A stretch of 64,000 nt of DNA, taken from assembly GCF_006345805.1 (NCBI RefSeq), contig NC_043003.1, positions 13,454,001 to 13,518,000 on the forward strand. Direction: 5' to 3'. The position numbers and the translations under genes were made by a program. This DNA comes from Octopus sinensis. Its lineage: Eukaryota. The notes below the pieces were generated by a model. The model searched no databases. It had not been told where the DNA came from and was given only the letters and a program-made list of their open reading frames with translations. Positions within the stretch are counted from its first letter, which is position 1. Each line of letters opens with the position of its first letter. This document shows positions 1 to 12,514 of this stretch, piece after piece.

Positions 1-235
1 CAGGTGAGGTTACACGAAAAACTAAAAGAAGAAAATAAATGAGCAAGGTACCGAAGAAGCTACTGTGAATTGTACAGTTTCAGGAGCTTCTTTGATTGTA
101 GGAATTTATTTGTTATAATAAGCGTGATTTCAAGTTATTTTACCTGTGTAGTTTAGTTTATAGTATAGAGTTGTCTCCCTTACATAAGGCCATACTAAGT
201 ACATTGTCCATTGAGATATTTTATAAATAAAATTT

Positions 236-354
236 GTTTACGGCCATATTACTTTGAAAACACCGGTTCTCGTCCGATCACCGAAGTTAAGCAAAGTCGA
301 GCCTAGTTAGTACTTAGATAGGTGACCGCTTGGGAAACCTAGGTGCTGTAAACG
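236..354 (+). rRNA. 5S rRNA-derived copy (retroposed, head of 5S-SINE chimera)
   Basis: GTTTACGGCCATATTACTTTGAAAACACCGGTTCTCGTCCGATCACCGAAGTTAAGC...GGTGACCGCTTGGGAAACCTAGGTGCTGTAAAC matches the animal 5S pattern over about 119 nt; isolated and diverged from the copy at 22332-22450. Confidence 0.9.
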
Positions 355-367
355 TCTTTCTCTCTTT

Positions 368-586
368 AAGGCGGCGAGCTGGCAGAAACGTTAGCACGCC
401 GAGCGAAATACTTAGCGATATTTCGTCTGCCGTTACGCTGTGAGGTCGACTTTGGCTTTCATCCTTTCGGGGTTGATAAATTAAGTACCAGTTACGCACT
501 GGGGTCGATGTAATCGACTTAATACCTATGTCTGTCCTTGTTTGTCCCCTCTGTGCTTAGCCCCTTGTGGGTAATAAAGAAATAGG
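368..586 (+). mobile_element. tRNA-derived SINE family A
   Basis: Head AAGGCGGCGAGCTGGCAGAAACGTTAGCACGCC, body GTCGACTTTG(G/C)CTTTCATCCTTTCGGGG, tail AAAGAAATAGG; many copies in the window. Confidence 0.85.
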
Positions 587-683
587 TATTTTATAAATAA
601 TAATAGTAAGAACTCGTGAACTTCAAAAGCCCGTTCATTTTCCAAATAATTAATAATAACAATTACTAATACTACTACTACTA

Positions 684-720
<37 letters not shown>

Positions 721-721
<1 letters not shown>

Positions 722-1092
722 CCTTTCTACTCTACGTACAAGGCCCGAAATTTCGGGGGGAGTGGGGGGCAGTTGATTAGATCGACTCCAGTACGCAACT
801 GGTACTTAATTCATCGACCCCGTAAAGATGAAAGGCAAAGTCGACCTCAGCAGAATTTGAACTCAGAACGTAAAGACAGACGAAATGCCTATTTCTTTAC
901 TACCCACAAGGGGCTAAACACAGAGGAGACAAACAAGGACAGACAGACGGATTAATTGCTTAACTGGTACTTAATTTATCAACCCCGAAAGGAGAAAAGG
1001 CAAAGTCGACCTCGGTGGAATTTGAACTCAGAACGTAGCGGCAGACGAAATACCGTTAAGCATTTCGCCCGGCGTGTTAACGATTCTGCCCC
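721..1092 (-). mobile_element. SINE family A, two partial tandem copies
   Basis: Reverse complement of the family A body occurs twice. Confidence 0.75.
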
Positions 1093-1112
1093 TTCATAAT
1101 AATAATAATAAG

Positions 1113-1640
1113 TAACTAAAAGACGAAATTGCAAGAATGTGGACCAAGCTCGAGAAATATGTCAAAGTAATCGGAATTGACACACAAGAGCAGAGCAAGA
1201 CGAAAAAACTGCTCTGCTGGGAACAGCTAGGATTTTGAGATTGCTACTTGGATATTGAATGTCTCCCACATTGCATCAACAGTTGTGCAGTGGCTAATTC
1301 CCAGTTTGTCAACGCAAAACCGGACTGAAGTCAGTTCCTTGACCCATGAGTAAAGGAAGAAAAGCAGTACATTCCTCAGAGCAAAGCTTAGCTGTTGGTG
1401 GTGGGGCGAGGACGGTTCGCCCCGAACGGCACATTTTGTGGGGTCCAGGGGCGGCAAAGGGAAGAGCCATCCCGGGCGTCAGACACTCTAGCTACTCTAG
1501 TGCCTCAGTTCTTCAAAAGCCGTAACGGCAACAGAAAAGATCTGGTGAATTCAACTTAAAATTAGTTACTGCAACAGTGACAATTCTGTTCTCGAGAATA
1601 TCTAAGCAGAGTTCAAGGCTAATCGAGGAACAAAGCAGGT
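1113..1640 (+). mobile_element. R4/Dong-clade non-LTR retrotransposon 3' fragment
   Basis: Follows a (TAA)n tract; encodes LKDEIARMW and KTALLGTARILR, typical of the R4-clade RLE C-terminus; GC-rich 3' UTR with hairpin GGGGCGAggacggtTCGCCCC. Confidence 0.7.
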
Positions 1641-1647
1641 TTATTAA

Positions 1648-2277
1648 CCCCTTACCCAACAATTATTTTGAAAATAAATGTATTTTTTCAGACATATTTT
1701 TTAATTGTTTTATTTTACTATGTTTTGAATGGTGATTTCAAGGTATATTTCAAACCTTATTTATTATGAATTTTAATTCAATAATATTGATTTTAAATAA
1801 CCGCTTTGCATCTACCTCATCCTCATCTTCAGTTTCTTCACTTGAATAAAACTCTTCTGACGAACTTTCACTCTCATCAGATGTATCCAACCCTCCAAGA
1901 GAAGCTTCATAATCGCTATGATCATCAGAGCTCGACATGGTGGGGTTATAATATAACGGTATAAAAAAAAACATAAAAACAAAGTGAATACTTCTATTCA
2001 TAAAATGTGCCTTCCAACCCTTCGACTGTCTCCAGGTGACTAAATCATACTTGGTCTTCAATGCCTTACTCAAGCGAAAGGTGGCAGAAATCGTCACTGC
2101 CAGACGTATAAAGTGAGCGAATATACTCGTATATGTCAAAAAAGAGTTTATAATAGACAAAGGAACTCGTTTGCTGTCGATTTTGGCGAGTCTATCTTTT
2201 CACGAGTTAACTCGCCAGAGATAGAAAAAAAACGATTTCGGTCAAAACGCATATATTCGTTTCTGCCGGGTAAGGGG
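1648..2277 (-). mobile_element. piggyBac-type internally deleted element
   Basis: TTAA at 1644-1647 and 2278-2281; 10-bp TIRs CCCCTTACCC/GGGTAAGGGG; retains an acidic N-terminal ORF MSSSDDHSDYEASLGGLDTSDESESSSEEF. Confidence 0.8.
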
Positions 2278-3718
2278 TTAAATCATATCTTATTCATTTA
2301 TTTATTTATTTGTTTATTTATAGGTGTGTTTAAGAAACTTGCAACCTTGCCGTTCTGGGTTCAGTTCCCCTGCGCAGCAACTTGGTGGGTTTCCACGCAA
2401 TTATTCGTCAATCAAATTCACTAACAAGGCATTGATGAAGTAGAGGTTGTCACAGAAGAAACTTGACTAAGACGCCGTGCACCGCTTATCTTTTACCTTT
2501 TACTCGGATCAGTCATTAGACTGCGGCCATGCTGGGGCACCATCTTGAAGTATATTAGACGACTGAATAGACCTCAGTACTTTTCTAAGGTCTGGTACTT
2601 GCACTCATGCGCTCACGACAGGCTTCTTTCAGTTTCTGTCAACTAAATCCACTCAAAAGGTTTTCATTAGCTCGAGGCTATAGTAGAAGACGCCCGATGT
2701 AGCACGCCTTGGGACTGAGTCTAGAACCATGTGGTTAGGAAACACAGCCACGCCTCCGCCTACATATATGTGTGTGTAAGTGTTACACTATATTATATTA
2801 CGTCAAATATATATATATTGTGTGTGTGTGTGTGTTTATTTGTCTGTCTTTCTCTCCCACCATCACTTCACAACCAGTGTTGTTTTGTTTATGTCCCTGT
2901 AACTTAGCCGTTTGTCAAATGAGACCGATAGAATATGTTCCAGACGTAATGAGTTCTAGGGGCAATTTGTGTCAACAAAACACTTCAAAGCTGTGCCCCA
3001 GAATGGCCGTAGTCCAATGAAGCAAGTAAAAGATAAAGCAGACATACATATACACCCGCACATCCATCCATCTATACATAACATACAAATACGCATTACC
3101 ATGCATACTACACGCACATATCTATTATATAAAATTCATTCTGTCTGTGTGTGTGTGTCTTCTAGGATCTCGGGCATCCTCCATCCGATTGCATTCAAAT
3201 TTGATATGTAGATCCCGACGGTATTAGGGCGTATGTAAGTCTTGAAAAATTTTTTTAATCGATTCCAGGTGAGAATGTGATCGATAAAGCCATTTTTGCC
3301 CTGCTTTTCTTCCGTCAACCTGTACATAACTGCACCTTCCATTTCTTGTTGTTTTTGTACTGCTTAAAGGCACGTTTCTTTCCTGCCAAGCTTACTGTTT
3401 AAACCATGTTTGTGTTCTCCCAGTCAACAGCCTTATCATTACTGGTACTTTAAACTCTTCGGTTACATATTTGTGTGAATAAATTCGTTTTTCTTTGGAA
3501 TAGAGAAAAAGTCTATCTTTATTTCTTCTTTTGCTGGTGTCTCAAATTTAGGTTAAATCAGTGTTTCTCAAAGGGGAGGCCTATGGGACGGTCGGACAAG
3601 TTGTTTTGAGAAAATTTGGCTTAAATGTTTGACAACTCAGCACCGTTTCATCCTTTCGGGATCGATAAATTAAGTACCAGTTACGCACTGGGGTCGTATA
3701 AATAAATAAATAAATATA

Positions 3719-4115
3719 TGCTAGCAGTATCGCCCGGCGTTGCTCGGGTTTGTTTCGACCCTTTAGAATTGGAATTTTTGAAAAGTAAAAATTTTGCATT
3801 ATGTAGCTTGTTATTCTTTTTAAGTGAACATTTTTCTGGTTAAAATACACCGAAAAGTGGCGACACAGCAGTCAAAGAATCGTAAAAAAATAGGGATTTT
3901 CATAGAAAAAAAAAAGCACCTTTTTGATGTAAATAATTTTTGGTGTTAACATGGTCCGATTTGAATTTTATCTTCTACGGAAGGAAGAGCAAGCCTTCTT
4001 CTATCATACTCTCAATTTTAGTCAACTTGTACCGCAGGGTCTCAGAGGAGATAGTGTTAGTTGAAGGCTACCAAACCTACCACACACAGACAACTTCAGC
4101 TTTATATATAGAGAG
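3719..4115 (+). mobile_element. Non-autonomous Helitron-like (Lep1-style) element
   Basis: Starts CTAGCAGTATCGCCCGGCGTTGCTCGGG and ends CACACACAGACAACTTCAGCTTTATATATAGAGAGAT; CpG-rich relative to flanks; classified by end motifs only. Confidence 0.5.
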
Positions 4116-4819
4116 ATTTTTTTGCGTACGTACAAACATATGTAAAATGGCTATTCTGAGTGTCACCAATTGATTGCTTACATAACGTCTCGGGAATATT
4201 TTGATACCTATGATGATCGTCAAGAAAACGAGAAATAAATACAAATTGTTAATTCGAAGTTAATTCAATCTTCATATAACAATTTCTTGCAAAGGGATAA
4301 TATAATCAGGGGAGACAATTGTTTAACTTATTTAGAATTATTTCCCTTACATCGGTTGAAAAAATTGGCAAATTGGAGACGGCTTTTATAAATATTTGTA
4401 CAGCATGGAAGACGCGTGATAACGGATAATATTAATTTGGAAATATTAATTGAAAAATGCTTAAGTGGTTGGAAGAAAGCGTGAACAATCTCGTATTAAC
4501 AATTCAAAAACACGCAAACACTGTTAATTTCAATTTAACATTTATAGTAGCGGACTTTGTGTGAGATTTAAATGGCTATAGTGAGTTTTCCAAGCTACAA
4601 TTGTTTTAGTTTCAACACACGATTTCAAACGACAATCAAGTCACTTGCCAAGCAAGTACAACGCCGAAGTAAATCACTAAATTATACAGAAGTTGATAAG
4701 GAAAAGAAAGAGGACGATCGTGCTGGAGTTACGGATTCGAAAATAGATTATAAGTTACGTAATTGTAAGTGAGCAAACTATATTAGAAAGAGAGTAGAGT
4801 ACTAATTATAATACTAATT

Positions 4820-5241
4820 AAGGCGGCGAGCTGGCAGAAACGTTAGCACGCCGGGCGAAATGCGTAGCCGTATTTCGTCTGCTACTTCGTTCTGAGTTCA
4901 AATTCTGATGAGGTCGACTTTGCCTTTCATCCTTTCGGGGTTGATAAATTAAGTACCAGTTACGCACTGGGGTCGATGTAATCGACTTAATCCATTTATC
5001 TGTCCTTGTTTGTCCTCTTTGTGTTTAGCCGCTTGTGGGTAGTAAAGAGATAGGTATTTCGTCTGCCGCTATGTTCTGAGTTCAAATTCCGCCAAGGTCG
5101 ACTTTGCCTTTCATCCTTTCGGGATCGATAAATTAAGTACCAGTTACGCACTGGGGTCGATATAATCAACTCAATCCCTGTCTGTCCGTCCTTGTTTGTC
5201 CCCTCTATGTTTAGCCCCCTTGTGGGAAATAAAGAAATAAG
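4820..5241 (+). mobile_element. SINE family A with duplicated body/tail
   Basis: Full head, body and tail, then the body and tail repeat after the GGTATTTCGTCTGCC junction. Confidence 0.85.
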
Positions 5242-6936
5242 AATACCAATTATAAAGAGAAGAGAACACCTGTTACATTAACCACTTAACTCAGTGGTAA
5301 TCACCCTTTTTTTTTTTTTTTTTTACCTATGGACCATTTAGATTCTAATTTTCCTCAGGTGGACTCTAATTGCCATTCAATGTTTAAAAAATCCTATTGT
5401 ATTTTAGGAATTATATAAGAAAAATTGTTAAGATATTTTGTGTATTGTAGAAGAATAACGGAATTTAGTGTAGCACAATTTTTAACAACTAAATCTTATA
5501 TGAACCCCCAAGGTTCATATGGATTCCAATTGAGAACCATTGACTTAACTCATCATTGTTTAACGTCCACTTCTCCATATTTGCATGGATCAGACGGAAT
5601 TTGCTGAGGCAGATTATCTAGGGCCAGATGTCCTTCCCGTTGCCAAGAAGGTAATAGCTTACATATACACAAATTTTGGCACAAGGCTAGCAATTTCAAG
5701 AAGGGGATAAATCAATTACATCAACCCCAGTCTTCAACTGGTACTTACTGTAATGACCCTGAAAGGATGAAAGGCAAAGTTGATCTTGGTGGAATTTGAA
5801 CTCTGAACATGGACAAAATGCTGCTAAGCATTTTGCCAATCATGCTAATGATTCTGCCAGCTTGCAGCCTTACTATTAATAAAACATTGGAAACAAAGCA
5901 AAAATATCCAGTTTGTTTTAGTAAATTCACAAAAAAATTATCTATAGTATGTTGGTAGTTATGTGTGAAAGTCATATTATTTCATTATACCTGCTTCTTC
6001 AGCAAACATAATCCACACCTGATTTGTGTCTTACATTATTTAATGGCTTTGTTACCTTTAAGAAACATGTTTTTTTAGTTATCTAAATGAAAAGTTCTCC
6101 AAGAAAAACAAAAGAAGTTTTTCAATTTTCTTTTGCCTGTCAGCCATTTGCAGTGCATGGCTGACAGTAAAACCATAGAGATAGTACATCATCTTGGTAG
6201 ACAATCATGGTAATACAAAACATCGTTGGAGCCAGAAATACAAATTATACATCCATCATGGCAATTCTCTTGACCAAAATATAAACAACAATACCACTGA
6301 TCTGAAAGAAGATAAGTTTGCAGGAAGTGAGGTTGGCACTGGATGGGTGCCTCACAATTCCTTACATAGTCGTGGAAAGGAAAACAGCGGGAACAAGAAT
6401 CTCTGAACAAATAACAATAATAATTTATTTCGCCTGAATAAACATTTCATCTTTGGACATCGGTAGCCTGAACGCTCTGGGGTGAGTAGTAGCAGGGTTG
6501 GTAGTTAGACACAAAAACACGAAGGCATTTTCACAGACTCGCAACATTGCTCGCCATCAGAATTCCAGCTCCACGGAGCTGGTCTAAATTGCATCCTGTC
6601 TGGTCAGAAGCTGGGGCCGAAGAGAGAGAATGATGGTCAAACCTAGCTGTTGCTGATGAATGCACATGCACATAAGGGGCTTCAGCAGGCCTTCCGGAAG
6701 GCTCTAATCCCTGCGCATGCGTGGATGAAAATCCCAAAATGGTGTCTGGAACCAGGCGTCACTACAAGTTAAAATATAATAACCCCGTAATGTAGTTTAT
6801 ATTTGATAAATTTATGCTTTTGTACTTTATTACAGTATATTGTCACAGTGTTGTATTAACATGGACAGAATCATATATTTTCTCTTAGAAAACTACTCTA
6901 ACATATCTTACAATAACACGTCATGACATACTAAAA

Positions 6937-7571
6937 TAGTGGTTCTCAACTGGGGTTCATATAGAATTTTGTTGCTCAAGTTTATGTGCAATAAATTGGT
7001 TATACTCTGAGACAATGAGCTGGCAGAAGTGTTAGGACGCTGGGAGAAATGCTTAGCAGTATTTCGTCTGTCTGTCTGGTCTGCTGAGGTCAACTTTGCC
7101 TTTCATCCTTTCTGGATCGATTAAATAAGTACCAGTTATGCACTGGGTCAATATAATCGACTTAATCCGTTTGTCTGTCCTTGTTTGTTCTCTCTGTGTT
7201 TAGCCCCTTGTGGGTAGTAAAGGAATAGGTATTTTGTCTGTCTTTATGGTCTGAGTTCAAATTCCGCTGAGGTCGACTTTGCCTTTCATCTTTCTGGGTC
7301 GAGATATTAAGTACCGGTTGTGTACTGGGGTCGATCTAATCGACTGGCCTCCTCCCCAAAAATTTCAGGCCTTGTGCCCAGAGTAGAAAGGAAAAGAATA
7401 AATTCGTTATAATTCTACAATGCACAAAATATTTTCAAGTTTTTTTATACAGTTCTTAATAATATTTAAGTATAAAAATATTTTTTTAAAACATTGAACG
7501 TCTCTGGGTGTCCACCTGAGTAAAAGAGAGATCAAAGGGGTACATAGGCAAAATATGGTTGAGAACTACTG
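6937..7571. mobile_element. hAT-like MITE interrupted by SINE-A (about 7016-7395)
   Basis: TIRs TAGTGGTTCTCAAC / GTTGAGAACTACTG; no clean TSD seen. Confidence 0.55.
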
Positions 7572-7761
7572 CAACTAGAGGAATACATACATCAGTCTGT
7601 TCTTCCAAAAACTACAATTTTCAGTGACTTATGGAATCAATAAAGGACTCGGTGCATTGATTCACCCAGGAGTCTACAATACTGTTAAGATGGCTCTGGG
7701 AGTATCTTGTACAAGAATGCATCATATACACCAGCAGATATGTCTTCCATTACTATAATCT

Positions 7762-8490
7762 TTAACCCTTTCATTACTGTATTTATTTTGATATGCTCTG
7801 TATTTCTTTCAATTGTTTCAAAAACAAAGAATTTAGTAAAATAACTTAGTTATCATTCAGCCAGTGTTAGGGACATAAATTGTGACTAAGATTTGGTGGA
7901 AGATTATAATTCAAAACTTATGAAAACAAGACATTTGTACTACAGAGCCAGAGGTGGTTTCAGCTGGGTTGGTATCAAAAGGGTTAAGAATTGTTTCTCT
8001 ATTATATATTTTAACCCTTTTGCTACCGTATTTCTGTTGAGAATTTCTGTGTTTCCTTCAATTACTTTAAATATAACAAAGAATTTAGTAAAATAACTTA
8101 GTTATCCTTCAGCTAGTGTTAGGAACATAAATTGTGACTATGGTTTAGTGGAAGATTTTAGTTCAGAATTTATGAAAACAAGACATTTGTACTACAGAGC
8201 CAGAGGTGGTTTCAGCTGGATTGGTATCAAAAGGGTTAAGAATTGTTTCTCTAATATATATTCTAACCATTTTGTTACCATATTTCTGTTGATATGATCT
8301 GTGTTTCTTTCAATTAATTTTAAATATAACAAAGAATTTAGTAAAATAACTTAGTTATCACTCAGCAAATGTTAGGAATATAAATTGTGACTAAGGCTTC
8401 GTGGAAGGTTTTAATTCAGATCTTATGAAAACAAGACATTTGTACTACAGAACAAGAGCTGGTTTCAGCCAGGTTGATAACGAAAGGGAT
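7762..8490 (+). mobile_element. Three tandem copies of a ~220-bp TTAA-flanked piggyBac-type MITE
   Basis: Units near 7766-7983, 8015-8235 and 8267-8488, TTAA-CCCTTT...AAAGGG-TTAA, shared spacer GAATTGTTTCTCTA(T/A)TATATATT. Confidence 0.8.
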
Positions 8491-8929
8491 ATAGAAAGTG
8501 ACTTCCATATTGAGCAGTCAGTGTTTAGCTATGAAATTCTGGCTGTGTGACTGTCTCTACAGTGTCATTTTAATGTAATAGGATGTGGTAAAGTCTGTAA
8601 TTACAAAAACCAGTATTAATTTTTGAAAAAACATTTGATACCATTCACTACCTGTCACTTTAGAATACGGAGTTAATTTTTGATTGTCATGTCAATATTT
8701 TTCACATCCGTGTCTGAGAACTTTGTGTTGCAGCAAAACCAATATTGAAACAATAGCGTCATGAAGAAAAGCCACGACCATTCCCTGCTTTGATTCACAA
8801 CAATCTTAATATTTATGTTCAGAAAACAAAAGCATAAATGGTTAAATGTTTGATAAGCATTTAACCATTGGTGGTAAAAGAAGATTTTAGTGAGTTTGAT
8901 TTTGTAACAATATTTGTATGTGTGTGTGT

Positions 8930-9303
8930 GTGTAATAACAATGATGATGATGATAGCAACGATCATCACAACAATGATGCTGGCAATGATGATGAAGACT
9001 ATGATGACGACAATGATGATGGCAACAATAACAACAACAATGATGACGACGATGACTACAGCAATGATGACGACGACAATGACAATGATGACAGCAAATG
9101 ACGACGACAGTGATGACAATAACAGCAATGATGATGGCAATGATGACAATGATGATGCCGATGGAAATGATGATGACAACGATGATGACAATGATGACAA
9201 CAATGATGATGATGATGACAACAACAATGATGATGACAATGGCGACGACGACGATGGTGATGACAACAGACAACAATGATGATGGTGGTGGTGGTGGTGG
9301 TGG
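8930..9303. repeat. Compound (GAT/GAC/CAA)n microsatellite
   Basis: Trinucleotide array; accounts for the poly-D/N/M ORFs. Confidence 0.95.
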
Positions 9304-9807
9304 ATCAAATTCTCATATTTAATCTTTTTTTTTTACCTTGTTGTTTACAAAGTGTTCTTTAAAATTTTTAGTAAATAGTTTTCTATACAAAAACAGTATT
9401 TATCTCAATACCAAAATTGTAAGTAAAAAATAAAATTATCTTCTTGACTCATACTGACTCATAACGGCGGGTTTCCTAGTTTCAACGGACTATATATTCC
9501 CCACCTGGACTGAAATGAGTAAAAGAGTATATATATATATATAGCTAATAGTGATGGACTATCAATCCAGGCAAAATACTTCATAAGCTTTCTGTTGGCA
9601 CACCAGGCTAACGATATTACTGAGATCAGTGAAGAACTTCAGTTAATTTTGTGGAAGAGTCCAAGGATATGGTTCATCACAATTCTATATTGTAAATCCA
9701 TGGTTGGACTCCAGACAAACTGGTTTTACACAGTGATATATAGAAAAACAAGTTAAAAATAATTGTCATGACCATTATTCATACATTGTCTTGTATGTAT
9801 GTATGTA

Positions 9808-9844
<37 letters not shown>

Positions 9845-10055
9845 AAATGAAGTATATGGAAAGGATTGTAGGTGTAGACGATCTTTAGTTCATAATCCAG
9901 GTTGGTACTGATCCAATATAAATTCTACAAATTATTTTGTAGTCTAATTAATTCCGAAGACAAAAAAAGAACAAACTCTTTTTGAAATTAAAATTAGATT
10001 CTTCATCAGGAATTACATATTGGCATAAATAATTATGACCTACAAAAATATAAAA

Positions 10056-10099
<44 letters not shown>

Positions 10100-10854
10100 A
10101 TTTCTAAGAGTTCTTTCAGTTTCTGGCTACCAAATCCACTCACAAGGCTTTGTTCGGCCTGAGGCTATAGAAGAAGACACTTGCCCAAGGTGCCAAGCAG
10201 TGGGACTAAATCCAGAACTATGTGGTTGGGAAGCAGACTTCTTACCACACAGCTACACCTGTGCCTCTCTCTCTCTTTCTCTGTATATATATATATGTAG
10301 CAAGTCAAATACCAAGAAATATACTAATAATAATAAAATTTCAAGGGACGTTCACAGTTGATATTATTAAGTTGATGTTTGAAAGAAAGAAATGAGATAT
10401 AGAGCAAAAGTTATAAAGTAAATACACACACACACACATAGCAATATATATAAACATGCCTATGTAGAGATAAAGCAAGAGAAGGATGATGGAGGAGAAA
10501 AAGAGAGAGTGATTGATTGTATTTTGAAAAAATTATCCAATACTGTTTCCTCGCCCTTAGTCCAAATTGAATATTTTCCAATATTTTTCTAAAATTTCAG
10601 AATTTCCAATGATATTTTTCATGTTTTCTATTAACAAATCATAGATATATGGTGTGAAGAAGGTAAATTGAAAGAACTTTAAAAAATGTTACATTTTACA
10701 GGAACAGGGAGTAAGAATTTTCCTAAAGTTATGATGGAGTGTTGCTACTTCTTAAGTTCAACTTTGTTTTTTGTGGGGGTTTTTTGTGTTTTTCCTTTGT
10801 GAAATTTTATCAAATATTAGTAAAATTGTATAAAAATTGGTATGTATTTATAGG

Positions 10855-11090
10855 AGGGCAACGAGCTGGCAGAATCGTTAGCACTCCGGGCGAAATGCTC
10901 AGTGGTATTTCATCTGTCTCTACGTTCTGGGTTCAAATTCCGCCAAGGTTGACTTTGCCTTTCATCCTTTCGGGGTCGATTAAATAAGTACCAGTTACGC
11001 ACTGGGGGTCGATATAATCGACTTAATCCGTTTGTCTGTCCTTGTTTGCCCTCTCTGTTTAGCCACTTGTGGGTAGTAAAGAAATAGGTA
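10855..11090 (+). mobile_element. SINE family A
   Basis: Head GAGCTGGCAGAATCGTTAGCAC through tail AAAGAAATAGG. Confidence 0.85.
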
Positions 11091-12019
11091 TGTATTTATA
11101 TTTGTTTTTTTTTGCGAATTGTCCCAAAATTAGCAGGTATTCTATGTCATAAGACATTTGCTTCCCAACCACATAGTCCCAGGTTCAGGAACCTTGGGCA
11201 AATGTCTTCTACTATAACCTCAGGCCAACAAAGCTTTGTGAGTGGATTTGGTAGATGGAAACTGAAAGAAGCCCGTGTGTGTGGGGGGTATTATGTATTT
11301 TGGTCCACAAGGAGTCAATGACAAGTGACTGAGACCTGTGCTGGATATGCTGTGCTTCAGAAAACTCACGAAGTAAAATCATAGTCAAGACCATTGTCAT
11401 GTGAATGGTACCTGTGAAATTGTAGTTGTGACCGTTGCCAGTATTATATAAATGGCACCTGTACTGGTGGCTTGTAAGAAAAGCACCCATTACACACTTG
11501 GGGTTGTTGGCATTAGGAAGGGCATCCAGCCGTAGAAACCATGCAAATCAGATTGGAACCTGGTGCAGCTCTCTGGCTTAGCAGTTCCAGTTGAACCATC
11601 TAACCCACACCAGTATAGAAAGTAGGCGTTAAATGACAATGATGATAAGAAATGAACAACGGACTAAAATAGGAAAATTAATTAAAGATATATCAGCGGA
11701 GTTTGAGGATAGATGTCCCATGCCATCCGGAGAAGGAAATAGTTACAGAAGTTGGAAACAAAATGTTAAAATTGAAATTTTTGGAAAAAGGAAAATGTCG
11801 TATAGGTGTGGTAAGAAGCTTGCTTCCCAACCACATGTTTCTGGGTTCAGTTCCATTGCACAATACCTTGGGCAAGTGTCTTCTGCTATAGCCTCAGGTC
11901 AACCAAAGCCTTGTGATTGGATTTGGTAGATGGAAACTGAAAGAGGCCCATTGTGTATATATATATATATATATAATAATATTAAGGAGTTGCCTAATAG
12001 TGGTTTTATCTGTAATTTA

Positions 12020-12057
<38 letters not shown>

Positions 12058-12060
<3 letters not shown>

Positions 12061-12470
12061 CGCAGGAGTGGCTCTGTGGTAAGTAGCTTGCTTACCAACC
12101 ACATGGTTCCGGGTTCAGTCCCACTGCGTGGCATCTTGGGCAAGTGTCTTCTGCTATAGCCCCGGGCCGACCAATGCCTTGTGAGTGGATTTGGTAGATG
12201 GAAACTGAAAGAAGCCTGTCGTATATATGTATGTATATGTATATGTTTGTGTGTCTGTGTTTGTCCCCCTAGCATTGCTTGACAACCGATGCTGGTGTGT
12301 TTACGTCCCCGTCACTTAGCGGTTTGGCAAAAGAGACCGATAGAATAAGTACTGGGCTTACAAAGGATAAGTCCCAGAGTCGATTTGCTAGACTAAAGGT
12401 GGTGCTCCAGCATGACTGCAGTCAAATGACTGAAACAAGTAAAAGAGTAAAAAAGAGAGTAAAGAGTATA
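12058..12470 (+). mobile_element. tRNA-derived SINE family B, full length
   Basis: Head AGGCGCAGGAGTGGCT(G/C)TGTGGTAAGTAGCTTG, CTTGGGCAAGT core, internal (TA/TG)n, tail GACTGAAACAAGTAAAAGAG. Confidence 0.85.
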
Positions 12471-12514
12471 TGTAACATAGGAGGGGGGGGTATATTTCCA
12501 CACAGGAAAAAATA

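Noticed and set aside
368-440. tRNA genes at SINE heads
   Set aside because: A and B boxes are embedded in multi-copy SINE bodies without a complete cloverleaf.
6189-6770. ORFs and a CTGATGA at about 6652 as exon or hammerhead
   Set aside because: No recognisable protein; no stem II followed by GAAA.
8673-9322. Poly-S/D/M/H ORFs (also 23509-24000)
   Set aside because: Trinucleotide microsatellite artefacts; no convincing splice or domain support for the unique tail.
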